64,000 bases of DNA from an uncultured Spirochaetota bacterium. Lineage in GTDB: Bacteria > Spirochaetota > Brevinematia > Brevinematales > JAOACQ01. A model generated the notes under the pieces. The model was not told the origin of the DNA. It saw nothing but the letters and a program-made list of their open reading frames with translations, and did no database searches. Each line of letters begins with the position of its first letter. The first letter of the stretch is position 1. The stretch lies in NCBI GenBank assembly GCA_963806975.1, contig CAWEAK010000005.1:164855-228854 (forward strand), written 5' to 3'. Made by a program: the position numbers and the translations under genes. Shown piece after piece: positions 12,482 through 21,521 of the stretch.

Positions 12482-13096
12482 ATGAAAAAGTGGTTAATTT
12501 TTATTTTTCTTACAATTCCGGTATTTACTTTCGCTGAAACATTGATAAATGCTGCCACAAACGGAGATGTTGCGTTTATCAAAAGTTATAAAGGAGACAT
12601 AAACAAAGCTGATACAAACGGAGTTACGGCTTTGATGTACGCCGCCCAATATGAACATACAGACGCTGTACTGGCATTGCTTGAGGCTAAGGCAAATGTC
12701 AACATGGCGGATAATTTCGGCTGGACTGCTTTAATATACGCGGCCGATCATGGTGACTCCGAGGCTGTTAAAGCTCTGGCCGGGGCTAAGGCAGAAATTA
12801 ACGTAGCGGATAATTTCGGCTGGACGGCTTTAATGTATGCGGCAGATAACGGCAAAACTGACGCGGTTTTGGCGTTGATCGAGGCAAAGGCAGATATCAA
12901 CATTATGGATAAATCCGGCATTACCGCTTTAATAACAGCGTCAAAAAACGGTCAAAAAGAAGCAGTCTTGGCATTGATTGGAGCTAAGGCCGATATAAAT
13001 GCTTCCGACAAAGAAGGTAAAACTGCTTTATATTATGCACACCTGTATGACAGACTTGATGTGGAGAAGGTTCTCATCGCCGCGGGAGCAAAATAA
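12482..13096 (+). CDS. Secreted ankyrin-repeat protein
   Basis: AGGAGG RBS, signal peptide, five GxTALMYAA...LIEAKADIN repeats. Confidence 0.93.
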   Translation: MKKWLIFIFLTIPVFTFAETLINAATNGDVAFIKSYKGDINKADTNGVTALMYAAQYEHTDAVLALLEAKANVNMADNFGWTALIYAADHGDSEAVKALAGAKAEINVADNFGWTALMYAADNGKTDAVLALIEAKADINIMDKSGITALITASKNGQKEAVLALIGAKADINASDKEGKTALYYAHLYDRLDVEKVLIAAGAK

Positions 13097-13227
13097 GAAA
13101 GACATGCTTTTTTGTGATTTATTCGCTGCTGATATAAAATAAAAAGCGATGAGTTTTTTAAAGTATTTAGGAGCCGGCTATAAAAATTAAAATTCATAAA
13201 TTTATTGCGGTTATCTTAATAGCTGCC

Positions 13228-16200
13228 ATGTTTCCTTTTTTAATCATATCCTGCGGTAAAATTTCGGGAAAAAATAGCCCTAAGGCTGTCAGGGGCATTT
13301 TGAACATTGAAAACATTGATATCGGCAGTTCAAAAGGCATAAGACTTGATGGAGAATGGGAATTTTACTGGGGAAAACTGCTGTCTCCTGAAGATTTTAC
13401 AAACGGTACACCTGATTATAAACCGGATTATATAAATGTGCCCGGTTTATGGGATCAAGCCGGTTTAATACGAAAAGAGGGTTATCCGCTGAACGGTTTT
13501 GCAACCTACCGTCTGGTTGTTGTTACAGGTTTTTCCAGTAATACAAATATTTCTCTCGGCCTGAACCTTCAAAACATCAAATCTGCCTATAAAATATGGA
13601 TTAGAGGAAGATTATTAAAGGCAGTTGGAAATGTTTCGGATGATCCCGGGAAAGCCCGATACAGGCACCAGCCCGAAGTAGTATATTTTAACCAGAATCA
13701 GAAAAATATTGAGATAATAATTCAAACGGCAAATTTCCGGAACCGGAGCGGCGGAATATGGCAGCCCATAACGCTGGGAACATCTGCCGTTATTACCGGC
13801 ATCAGGGATAAGATGCTGGGAATCGACTATTTCCTTTTCGGCAGTATTCTGATCATGAGCCTGTACCATTTCGGATTATTTCTGCTGCGCAGAAAGGATA
13901 AATCCACTCTATACTTCGGACTTCTCTGCCTGATTGTCGCCATCAGGATTACGATAGGCGGCGTGTTTCTGGCAGGAATATGGTTCCCGGATTTTCCCTG
14001 GGAACTTTACGCAAAATTGGATCCTTTAACCGTATTCCTCGTTATACCTGTTTTACTTCTTCATATAGAAAGTCTTTTTAAAAAATATTTCTGGCATTAT
14101 GCCGTAAATATTGCACTGGTATTTTCTGCAGTCTGTTCTTTAATTGTGATATCCACACCAGAAACTATATTCTATTATACCGAGCCTCCCAACCAGGCAT
14201 TTCTAATTCTAAGCTGTATTTATTTTTTGTATATTATCATAAGGGCATTTATTGACAAAGATAAAAGTGCACCATATTTTTTGACAGCATCATTGTTTTT
14301 ATTGATAGCAGGAATCAATGATGTATTGCAGGTTTCATTTGAGTTTCAAACCTTTGCGCTTTCCCCTGCGGCTATTTTCTTTTTTATCCTTATACAGTCT
14401 TATAATCTATCAAGAAAATTTGCCGGAGCTTTCCATTATGTAGAAACAATGTCCAGTGTAATTAAATTGAATTATAAAAAAACGAAAAAGCTTTTATCGG
14501 ATAACCAAGAGCTTCAGTCATTGAATCAGTCCAAAAATAACTTTATTGCCAATGTTTCTCATGAATTCCGGACGCCGTTAACGTTGCTGCTCTCCCCAAT
14601 TGAAGCAATTATTCAGGGAGAATATGGAGAAAGAATCAATAAAAGCGATCCTATATTTGATGCAATGCTTCACAATGGAAGAAAGCTGCTCAGGCTTATA
14701 AATAATCTGCTTGACTTTTCAAAGATTGAAGCAGGAAAGATAATTATGCATAAAGAAAGGACAGATATTTCCAGACTCCTGGAGTATTATGTTTCAACAG
14801 TGAAATCTACTGCCGAATATAGAAAGCTCAGCCTGGTTTTTAATGATAATAGTGATGGGATTATTGCTTTTATCGACCGGGACCTTATTGAGAAAGCGGT
14901 ATTCAACCTGATTTCAAACGCATTGAAATTTACACCTGCCGGCGGTTCAATTATCATTCAGCTGGATGATGCAGAAGCGCCCTTCGACTCCGCTCAGGGT
15001 GCGGTTAATAATGCGGCAGCGGACATTGAGCGGAGTCGAAATGCCGCTTATAGCAAATGTTTTTCTATTACCGTCAAAGACTCCGGAATCGGAATACCCG
15101 GGGAAAAACTGGATTTAATTTTTGAAAGGTTTGCACAGGTAGACAGCTCATCTTCAAGGAAATATGAGGGCACTGGAATTGGCCTGGCGCTGACAAAAGA
15201 AATTGTCGAACTGCATGGCGGTAAGATAACGGTAAAAAGCCGTGAAGGGAAAGGGTCGGCTTTTACGATTGTATTGCCTATTGAAGATTCAGAAAAGAAG
15301 GATGATTGGACTGAGGCTGCCGGCATGGTTGATGAAAATATAAATAAAATTTCACCGGTGCTATTATCAGATATAAGCCGGATTAAAAGTCCTGTTTCCG
15401 TTAATATAAAAGAAAAATTAACTGAGAAACAACAATCCATTCTCATTGTTGAGGATAACATTGAAATGATGGATTTCCTGAAAATATTTCTCGAAAAAGA
15501 ATATAATGTTCTCATGGCATATAACGGAAAAGAAGGTCTTGAAATAACTGTTTCAAGAAAGCCTGATTTAATTCTTTCTGATGTTATGATGCCGGAAATG
15601 GACGGTTATGAGATGACCCGCGAAATAAGGAATAATGAAGAATTAACAGGTATTCCGATTATCTTTCTGACCTCAAAGGCTGAAACAGCAATGAAGCTGG
15701 AAGGTCTGGAATTGGGAGCCATTGATTATATCGTAAAACCTTTCAACCTCGCAGAACTCTCGGCAAGGATAAAGGCTCAGCTTGATATGAAAAGCCTCCG
15801 TGATGAAGCGATCAGTCAGAAAAAAGCCCTGGAAGAAAGCATTAAAAAAAGAGAAACCGCCGAAAGAAATTACAGTGCAAGCGAAAATCGCTTTCAGGAA
15901 ATGGCTGAACTTATGCCGGTGGTAATAGCAGACCTGGATTTAAACGGTAAGATCAGGTATATGAACCGTCCGGGATTGGACCTGTTTGGAATTAAAGAAA
16001 AAATTAATATACTGGGCTTAGAAATATATGATTTTATTGAATCTTCCGATAGAGAAAAATTAAAAAAAGAACTTCAAAGAATAGCAAAAGAAGAAACTTT
16101 AGATTTGATCGGATGCAAAATACTCAACCATGAGGGATCAGGAATTAACACTCTGATAAAGATAGCCCCGCTTTTTGAAGATGATAAGGCAACAGGCTGC

Positions 16201-16524
16201 CGCATGACTATTATCGAGATTAAGTCTTTCCTTGAAAAAGCTCTTATGCCCGATGAAGGCTTTTTCAAGACCTACGGATTAAGTGAAAGGGAGAGTGAAG
16301 TTCTGAGAAATATTCTGAAGGGTTACTCAAACAAACAATTGCGCGAAAGATTGTTTATTTCGGAAAATACTGTAAAAACACATCTTAAGGCAATATATCA
16401 GAAACTCGGTATATCGAGCAGAGAAGAACTCTTCAATCTGATAAAAAACCAAATATCTAAAAATGTCAACCCTGATAACCTGATGATTTCTGTCCTGAAT
16501 TCAATAATTAAGAGTGAAGAATAA
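13228..16524 (+). CDS. Hybrid sensor/regulator: 7TM-DISM, HisKA, HATPase, REC, PAS, LuxR HTH
   Basis: LDGEWEFYWGKLL, seven TM helices, SHEFRTPL, NLISNALKFT, DSGIGI, GTGIGLAL, DVMMPEMDG, LSERESEVL...ISENTVKTHLKAIYQKLG; true start may be ATA at 13180. Confidence 0.93.
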   Translation: MFPFLIISCGKISGKNSPKAVRGILNIENIDIGSSKGIRLDGEWEFYWGKLLSPEDFTNGTPDYKPDYINVPGLWDQAGLIRKEGYPLNGFATYRLVVVTGFSSNTNISLGLNLQNIKSAYKIWIRGRLLKAVGNVSDDPGKARYRHQPEVVYFNQNQKNIEIIIQTANFRNRSGGIWQPITLGTSAVITGIRDKMLGIDYFLFGSILIMSLYHFGLFLLRRKDKSTLYFGLLCLIVAIRITIGGVFLAGIWFPDFPWELYAKLDPLTVFLVIPVLLLHIESLFKKYFWHYAVNIALVFSAVCSLIVISTPETIFYYTEPPNQAFLILSCIYFLYIIIRAFIDKDKSAPYFLTASLFLLIAGINDVLQVSFEFQTFALSPAAIFFFILIQSYNLSRKFAGAFHYVETMSSVIKLNYKKTKKLLSDNQELQSLNQSKNNFIANVSHEFRTPLTLLLSPIEAIIQGEYGERINKSDPIFDAMLHNGRKLLRLINNLLDFSKIEAGKIIMHKERTDISRLLEYYVSTVKSTAEYRKLSLVFNDNSDGIIAFIDRDLIEKAVFNLISNALKFTPAGGSIIIQLDDAEAPFDSAQGAVNNAAADIERSRNAAYSKCFSITVKDSGIGIPGEKLDLIFERFAQVDSSSSRKYEGTGIGLALTKEIVELHGGKITVKSREGKGSAFTIVLPIEDSEKKDDWTEAAGMVDENINKISPVLLSDISRIKSPVSVNIKEKLTEKQQSILIVEDNIEMMDFLKIFLEKEYNVLMAYNGKEGLEITVSRKPDLILSDVMMPEMDGYEMTREIRNNEELTGIPIIFLTSKAETAMKLEGLELGAIDYIVKPFNLAELSARIKAQLDMKSLRDEAISQKKALEESIKKRETAERNYSASENRFQEMAELMPVVIADLDLNGKIRYMNRPGLDLFGIKEKINILGLEIYDFIESSDREKLKKELQRIAKEETLDLIGCKILNHEGSGINTLIKIAPLFEDDKATGCRMTIIEIKSFLEKALMPDEGFFKTYGLSERESEVLRNILKGYSNKQLRERLFISENTVKTHLKAIYQKLGISSREELFNLIKNQISKNVNPDNLMISVLNSIIKSEE
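14983..15040. repeat. REP-like palindromic element inserted in frame in the HATPase domain
   Basis: Perfect 14-bp inverted repeat TTCGACTCCGCTCA ... TGAGCGGAGTCGAA. Confidence 0.8.
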
Positions 16525-16537
16525 AAATTCCAAAAAA

Positions 16538-16605
16538 TCACCCTGTCAGGGTGAGAAAAATCACACCGTTTGGGTGATTACAAATCTATCATGAGACTCT
16601 ATAAT
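16538..16605 (+). promoter_or_regulatory. Two TCAC-N9-GTGA boxes (LuxR-type) plus TATAAT, copy 1
   Basis: TCACCCTGTCAGGGTGA 16538-16554, TCACACCGTTTGGGTGA 16561-16577, TATAAT 16600-16605; directly after the LuxR-HTH gene. Confidence 0.65.
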
Positions 16606-16623
16606 ATTATCATAATATAAAAG

Positions 16624-16735
16624 GAGCCGACACCGGCGTTGGGGGTAACGCGGCCCCGGGTGCTTAATTGCGCAAGACTTTGGTGACGTCCGGGCAGCCT
16701 TATTTTCGGATAAGTCTGCCCGGTAAAAACGGCTT
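16624..16735 (+). ncRNA. Candidate structured RNA, copy 1 (family unassigned)
   Basis: GC-rich island just downstream of a -10 box; stems GAGCCG/CGGCTT, CACCG/TGGTG, GCGTT/AACGC, CCGGGCAG/CTGCCCGG. Confidence 0.55.
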
Positions 16736-16837
16736 TTATGTTATTATCCAAAAAAGAAGTTTAACACTTAATAATGTTTTTCCAATCAGATGACAAAATT
16801 AATAATATTAACGCTTCTGATTTCCTTGAGAATGAAT

Positions 16838-16869
16838 GTATCATTTGACACAATTGTATCAAACGATAC
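16838..16869. promoter_or_regulatory. Double palindrome UAS copy B
   Basis: GTATCATTTGACAC-AATT-GTATCAAACGATAC. Confidence 0.72.
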
Positions 16870-17000
16870 AGAATGTTTATTCTCTTATCGTTATTTAAAA
16901 TCGTTATTTAAAAATTTTACAAAAAACATCATGGTTTTATTTCCAGATGATATAAGGAAATAAAAATAAATTGCGGAATTGATTGTACCGTTTGGGATTT

Positions 17001-17016
17001 TGGTATAATTTATGCT
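17001..17016 (+). promoter_or_regulatory. Putative sigma54 promoter B
   Basis: TGGTATAATTTATGCT = GG-N10-GC. Confidence 0.68.
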
Positions 17017-17087
17017 CATTATATAAAGTATTCCCGGTGGAATCGCCCCTAGTATAATTGTTTTTGTTAAGATTCAGGAGGTGTAAT

Positions 17088-17987
17088 ATGTTAAGAAAAA
17101 TTTCAGCGTTTGTGCTTTTTATAATAATAGTATTCTTCACAAGCGGCTGCAACCTTATTGCAAACTTGTATAATTCTTCATCATCGATTTCGTCTTCCAG
17201 TTCATCTTCAGTAAGCTCCAGCTCATCTTCGAGTTTATATAGTTCGTCTTCCGTGAGCTCCAGTTCGTCATCGTCTTCCAATAGTATAACCAACTATACT
17301 GTTGCATTTGACAGCCAGGGCGCGACGACAGCGGCAAGTCCGGCTGTCATAACTGTGACTAACCCCGCAAAGACTGTCACTACTCTTCCGGCTGCACCTG
17401 CTAAGACAGCTTATTACTTTAGCGGCTGGTACACTGCTATAAACGGCGGTGGTACACAGTTTACAACAAACACAATAGTTGCATCCAATATAACGGTTTA
17501 CGCTTTTTGGACAGTGCCGTCCTCTCCAAGCTGGGAGCCTTCTTTAACAACTTACGCCAGTTTCACCGCCTCGCTGGTCAATGGCGTGGTTGCGCCGGAC
17601 GGGACTACTACCGCGTATTCTCTAAATGCCTGCGGTGGCGGACCAAACGCTTATTACGTGAAACAGACACTCTCACTTACTGTGGGCCAGCAATACCAGT
17701 TCGGTTATTTCGCTAAGGCCGGGAGTCTTGACTCTTTCTGGTTTAACAGCTCGGATTTTTCGATCGGGTTCAATCTGGCCACCGGGACCGTTTCCACAAA
17801 TGACCCGCCTACCGGTTCGATAGTCTCCTGGGGAATAACACCAATAACTAATGGATGGTACTACTGCTATGCGACTATTACCGTAAGCAACGCTTCAACG
17901 ACCTACTCTATCGGCTGCGATAATAGCGCACATTGGAGCTACACCAGTGGTGGGGACAACATTTACCTCTGGCAAGGGACGTATTAA
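17088..17987 (+). CDS. Array lipoprotein 1: Ser linker, InlB B-repeat, carbohydrate-binding/head-spike-like domain
   Basis: AGGAGG RBS, FTSGC lipobox, YTVAFDSQG...FSGWYT...ITVYAFW, then APDGTTTA...GWYYC...IYLW. Confidence 0.85.
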   Translation: MLRKISAFVLFIIIVFFTSGCNLIANLYNSSSSISSSSSSSVSSSSSSSLYSSSSVSSSSSSSSNSITNYTVAFDSQGATTAASPAVITVTNPAKTVTTLPAAPAKTAYYFSGWYTAINGGGTQFTTNTIVASNITVYAFWTVPSSPSWEPSLTTYASFTASLVNGVVAPDGTTTAYSLNACGGGPNAYYVKQTLSLTVGQQYQFGYFAKAGSLDSFWFNSSDFSIGFNLATGTVSTNDPPTGSIVSWGITPITNGWYYCYATITVSNASTTYSIGCDNSAHWSYTSGGDNIYLWQGTY

Positions 17988-18083
17988 GCAGGATTTATAA
18001 AACCATAAAAAGTAATTATAAATTATTGATACAGTTAAAGAACTTAGATAAGCTTTTTTATGCAAAGATTTAGGAGGTGTAAA

Positions 18084-19265
18084 ATGTTAAGAAAAATTTC
18101 AGCGTTTGTGCTGTTTATAATAATAGTATACTTCACAAGCGGTTGCAACCTTATTGCAAACTTGAATAATTCTTCATCATCCAGCAGTTCTTCAAGCTCT
18201 TCACTTGGGTCCAGCAGCAGTTCAACCAATTCCTCTTCCGTAAGCTCCAGATCGTCTTCTGCAGGCTCCAGCTCGTCGTCTTCGTCGTCGTCCAGTTCTT
18301 CTTCCACCGGCAGCGTTACTCTTTATATCTCCGGTGTTGACCATAACGGCTATACCTGCGTATGGAGAGTTGCCATTAACGGGACTTCCACGAATATTAC
18401 TGAAAATATTGTGGCGAACTATATCGCGCCTAATTTAAGAGCAATGTCGCTTGCGAACGGCACCCTTTATTTAGCCGGAGAAGATAACAGCGATATTGGC
18501 TGTTACTGGACAATTTCGACAAACGGAGGAACGGCAACGGAACATTCTGTTAGTGTTTCCGGTTATCTGGGGTGGGCGGGTTATGATCCAGGCGGGAACT
18601 TTTGGTGTTCCGGCGCTCAGAGCAGTACTTATGATTATTATATTGAGAATGGCGGTGCTGCAACCTATTTTCAAACAGCAACACCCTGGGATTCTCCGGG
18701 AAATATGGTGTTTTCCGGCGGCAGTAGTTTTGCATTTTGGGGTGGAAATTCCTTAGGGGGTTATGTTTCAAATTTAACTGTAGTTTCAGCATTGCCTGGT
18801 TCAGCTTATTACGGCGGAATAGCGGTGAATAATGGAATTATCTATATAGACGGCATGGACACCAGCGGCACAACCTTTACAGTCTGGGTATCTTCAAATA
18901 ACTGCGCTTCATATAATTCCATCGCTTTAAATGGAACTGGTGCGATTTCCTACGCGATTCCATTCTATTCGGGCTCATACCTGTATGTTCCCGGCGCAAC
19001 GCTTTTGCCTTACCATCCCTGTTATTGGACAATAAACACTTCCTCAGGGATTGCTACTCAATACCAGTTAAATTATAAGAATTCATACGGCGGATGGGTA
19101 TATTCTATAACCTATACCAACAACACGGTCTATGCTGCCGGATACGATATTAATGCTTCTGCTCTTAATTCTCAGCAGCCTGCCTGCTGGATCAACGGCA
19201 ATGAGATTGTCCTGGACTCCCTTGGTTCATCCTGGACTTATATGGCGCTGGTTGTGACTTATTAA
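18084..19265 (+). CDS. Array lipoprotein 2: Ser linker plus probable beta-propeller (type A)
   Basis: FTSGC lipobox, poly-Ser, repeats such as LYLAG...CYW and VYAAG...CWING. Confidence 0.85.
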   Translation: MLRKISAFVLFIIIVYFTSGCNLIANLNNSSSSSSSSSSSLGSSSSSTNSSSVSSRSSSAGSSSSSSSSSSSSSTGSVTLYISGVDHNGYTCVWRVAINGTSTNITENIVANYIAPNLRAMSLANGTLYLAGEDNSDIGCYWTISTNGGTATEHSVSVSGYLGWAGYDPGGNFWCSGAQSSTYDYYIENGGAATYFQTATPWDSPGNMVFSGGSSFAFWGGNSLGGYVSNLTVVSALPGSAYYGGIAVNNGIIYIDGMDTSGTTFTVWVSSNNCASYNSIALNGTGAISYAIPFYSGSYLYVPGATLLPYHPCYWTINTSSGIATQYQLNYKNSYGGWVYSITYTNNTVYAAGYDINASALNSQQPACWINGNEIVLDSLGSSWTYMALVVTY

Positions 19266-19435
19266 TAAAATTAATATTAGATTAAATTTAACGACGGAGG
19301 AGGGTCAAGCAATCTCGATAGTATATATCCGGAACAAACGGCGTTAATAGTAGCAGCGGGTATATTGTTATAACTTATTAATATACTTAAAGAAGTTAGA
19401 TAAAGTTTTCTATGCAAAGATTCAGGAGGTCTAAT

Positions 19436-20698
19436 ATGTTAAGAAAATTTATGGATCTTGTACTTTTTATGGTAATCGTATCATTTATAAGCGGCTGCAA
19501 TCTTTTTTCCGGGAATAATTCTTCATCATCTTCGTCTTCTGTAAGTTCCAGTTCTTCCGCTTCATCTTCCGTAAGCTCCGGTTCGTCGTCATCATCTATC
19601 GCTGGAACCAATACCATTACATTTGACAGCCAGGGTGCAACAACGGCGGCAAGCCCGTCTAATATAACCGTAATAACGCCGACATCGAATGTCGGTACGC
19701 TTCCATCAGCGCCGGCAAAGACAACTTATTATTTTGCTGGCTGGTACACAGCAACAAACGGCGGCGGGACACAGTTTACAGCAAGTACAGCAGTTACGTC
19801 AAATATTACTGTTTATGCATACTGGATAGCCTCAGGTTCTTCCTGGAAGGGCTTCTACACCTTGCCGTCAAGCGGCGGCACTTGGCAGTCAGTGACCTAT
19901 GGTAACGGTGTTTTTGTCGCGGTTGCCAATAGCAGCACAGCAGCGTATTCAACTAACGGGACAAATTGGACGGCCAGCACCCTGCCATCTTCTGCCAGTT
20001 GGCAGTCAGTTACATATGGGAACGGTCTTTTTGTAGCGGTTGTCTATGGCGGTACAGCGGCGGCGTATTCAACCGATTACGGAAAAACCTGGACGTCCTG
20101 TAATCCCCTTCCAAGCTCTGCCGATTGGAATTCTGTAACTTACGGAAACGGCGTTTTTGTAGCGGTTGCTTTTGGAGGAGCAGCGGCGGCGTATTCAACC
20201 GACGGGATAAACTGGACGTCCTACAACCTGACAGGCGCTGCCGATTGGCAGTCAGTGACATACGGAAACGGCGTTTTTGTGGCGGTTGCCGAACTCAGCT
20301 CAACGGCGGCGTATTCAACTGACGGGAAAACCTGGACGGCCTACACCCTGCCAGGCAGCTCTTTAAGGTGGAGTTCAGTAACTTACGGGACCCCGGGCGG
20401 AGTTCCCACATTTGTAGCGGTTGCCTTTAGCAGCACAACGGCGGCGTATTCATCCGATGGGAAAACCTGGACGGCCTGCACCATTCCAAACCCTTCTTCT
20501 TACTGGCAGTCAGTGACATACGGAAACGGCGTTTTTGTCACGTTAGCCGAAGCCAGTACGTCGGCGGCATATTCAACCGATGGGATAAACTGGACGCCCT
20601 GCAGCCTTCCAAGCGCTTTATCCTGGTATTCAGTGACTTACGGAAACGGCGCTTTTGTATCGGTTGCCTATACCACAGCGGTAGCGTATTCACATTAA
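19436..20698 (+). CDS. Array lipoprotein 3: InlB B-repeat plus WxSVTYGNGVFVAV repeat propeller
   Basis: ISGC lipobox, seven ~40-aa WQSVTYGNGVFVAV...AAYSTDGxxW repeats. Confidence 0.88.
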   Translation: MLRKFMDLVLFMVIVSFISGCNLFSGNNSSSSSSSVSSSSSASSSVSSGSSSSSIAGTNTITFDSQGATTAASPSNITVITPTSNVGTLPSAPAKTTYYFAGWYTATNGGGTQFTASTAVTSNITVYAYWIASGSSWKGFYTLPSSGGTWQSVTYGNGVFVAVANSSTAAYSTNGTNWTASTLPSSASWQSVTYGNGLFVAVVYGGTAAAYSTDYGKTWTSCNPLPSSADWNSVTYGNGVFVAVAFGGAAAAYSTDGINWTSYNLTGAADWQSVTYGNGVFVAVAELSSTAAYSTDGKTWTAYTLPGSSLRWSSVTYGTPGGVPTFVAVAFSSTTAAYSSDGKTWTACTIPNPSSYWQSVTYGNGVFVTLAEASTSAAYSTDGINWTPCSLPSALSWYSVTYGNGAFVSVAYTTAVAYSH

Positions 20699-20711
20699 AC
20701 CGGAATAAATC

Positions 20712-20755
20712 AAGCCGCCCTTATCAGGGCTTGTCCTGTAAGGAGCGGCTTTTTT
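20712..20755 (+). terminator. Intrinsic terminator after lipoprotein 3
   Basis: AAGCCGC...GCGGCTT stem followed by a T run. Confidence 0.75.
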
Positions 20756-21010
20756 CTCAGGAAACTGGGAAGGCACGAAGCCTATTTTTAGCCTTAAATT
20801 GCATAAGCTTTCTATTCAAGCACATAAGTTCTTGCCCTTCAACTAGAGTTTACACTGAGTGAAGCTGAAGTACTCAGGGCATCGTTTCGCGTCTTCCTGT
20901 TAATTGTTTCTTTTCAATCAAAGTACGTTTTAGTCGGATGGACCATTTCTGGATATTTAGATGCATAGAATCTATAATTTAACTCCATATATTCAAGTCA
21001 ATTACAAAAA

Positions 21011-21078
21011 TCACCCTGACAGGGTGAGAAAAATCACATCGTTTGGGTGATTACAAATCTATCCTGAGACTCTATAAT
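21011..21078 (+). promoter_or_regulatory. LuxR-type box pair plus TATAAT, copy 2
   Basis: TCACCCTGACAGGGTGA, TCACATCGTTTGGGTGA, TATAAT at 21073. Confidence 0.65.
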
Positions 21079-21096
21079 ATTATCATAATATAAAAA

Positions 21097-21192
21097 GAGT
21101 CGACACCAGCGTTGAGGGTAACGCGGCCCAGGACTTTGGTGACGTCCGGGCATCCTTATCATTTGTGTAAGTCTGCCCGGTAAAAACGGTTT
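21097..21192 (+). ncRNA. Candidate structured RNA, copy 2 (lacks one internal hairpin)
   Basis: Homologous to 16624-16735; substitutions keep pairing through G-U. Confidence 0.5.
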
Positions 21193-21298
21193 ATATGTTC
21201 TTATCCGGAACAGAAGTTTAACACTGAAAAAATGTTTTTCCAATCATTTGACAAAATTAATAAACATGAACGCTTCTGATTTTTCCTTGAGAATGAAT

Positions 21299-21330
21299 GT
21301 ATCATTTGACACAATTGTATCAAATGATAC
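21299..21330. promoter_or_regulatory. Double palindrome UAS copy C
   Basis: GTATCATTTGACAC-AATT-GTATCAAATGATAC. Confidence 0.72.
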
Positions 21331-21450
21331 GGAATGTTTATTCTCTTATCTTTAATTAAAAATTTATACAAAAAGGCGCTATGATTTTATATTGAGATGA
21401 TATAAGGAAATAAAAATAAATCGCAGAATTGATAACGCCGTCTGGGATTT

Positions 21451-21466
21451 TGGTATAATTTATGCA
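21451..21466 (+). promoter_or_regulatory. Putative sigma54 promoter C
   Basis: TGGTATAATTTATGCA = GG-N10-GC. Confidence 0.68.
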
Positions 21467-21521
21467 TATTATATAAAGATTCCCGGTGTAATTATTGTTG
21501 TTAAGATTCAGGAGGTGTAAT

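Noticed and set aside
16624-16735. Repeated RNA read as a type III hammerhead ribozyme or SAM-I riboswitch
   Set aside because: Topology is loosely similar, but the core reads TTGGTGA/TAAAAAC/GAC instead of CTGATGA/GAAAC/GTC in all copies, and the SAM-I elements AUCnAGAG and GCAACC are absent
16937-18307. Acidic Glu/Asp-rich minus-strand ORFs (also at 19396, 26122, 27850)
   Set aside because: Antisense shadows of the poly-Ser TCN codons
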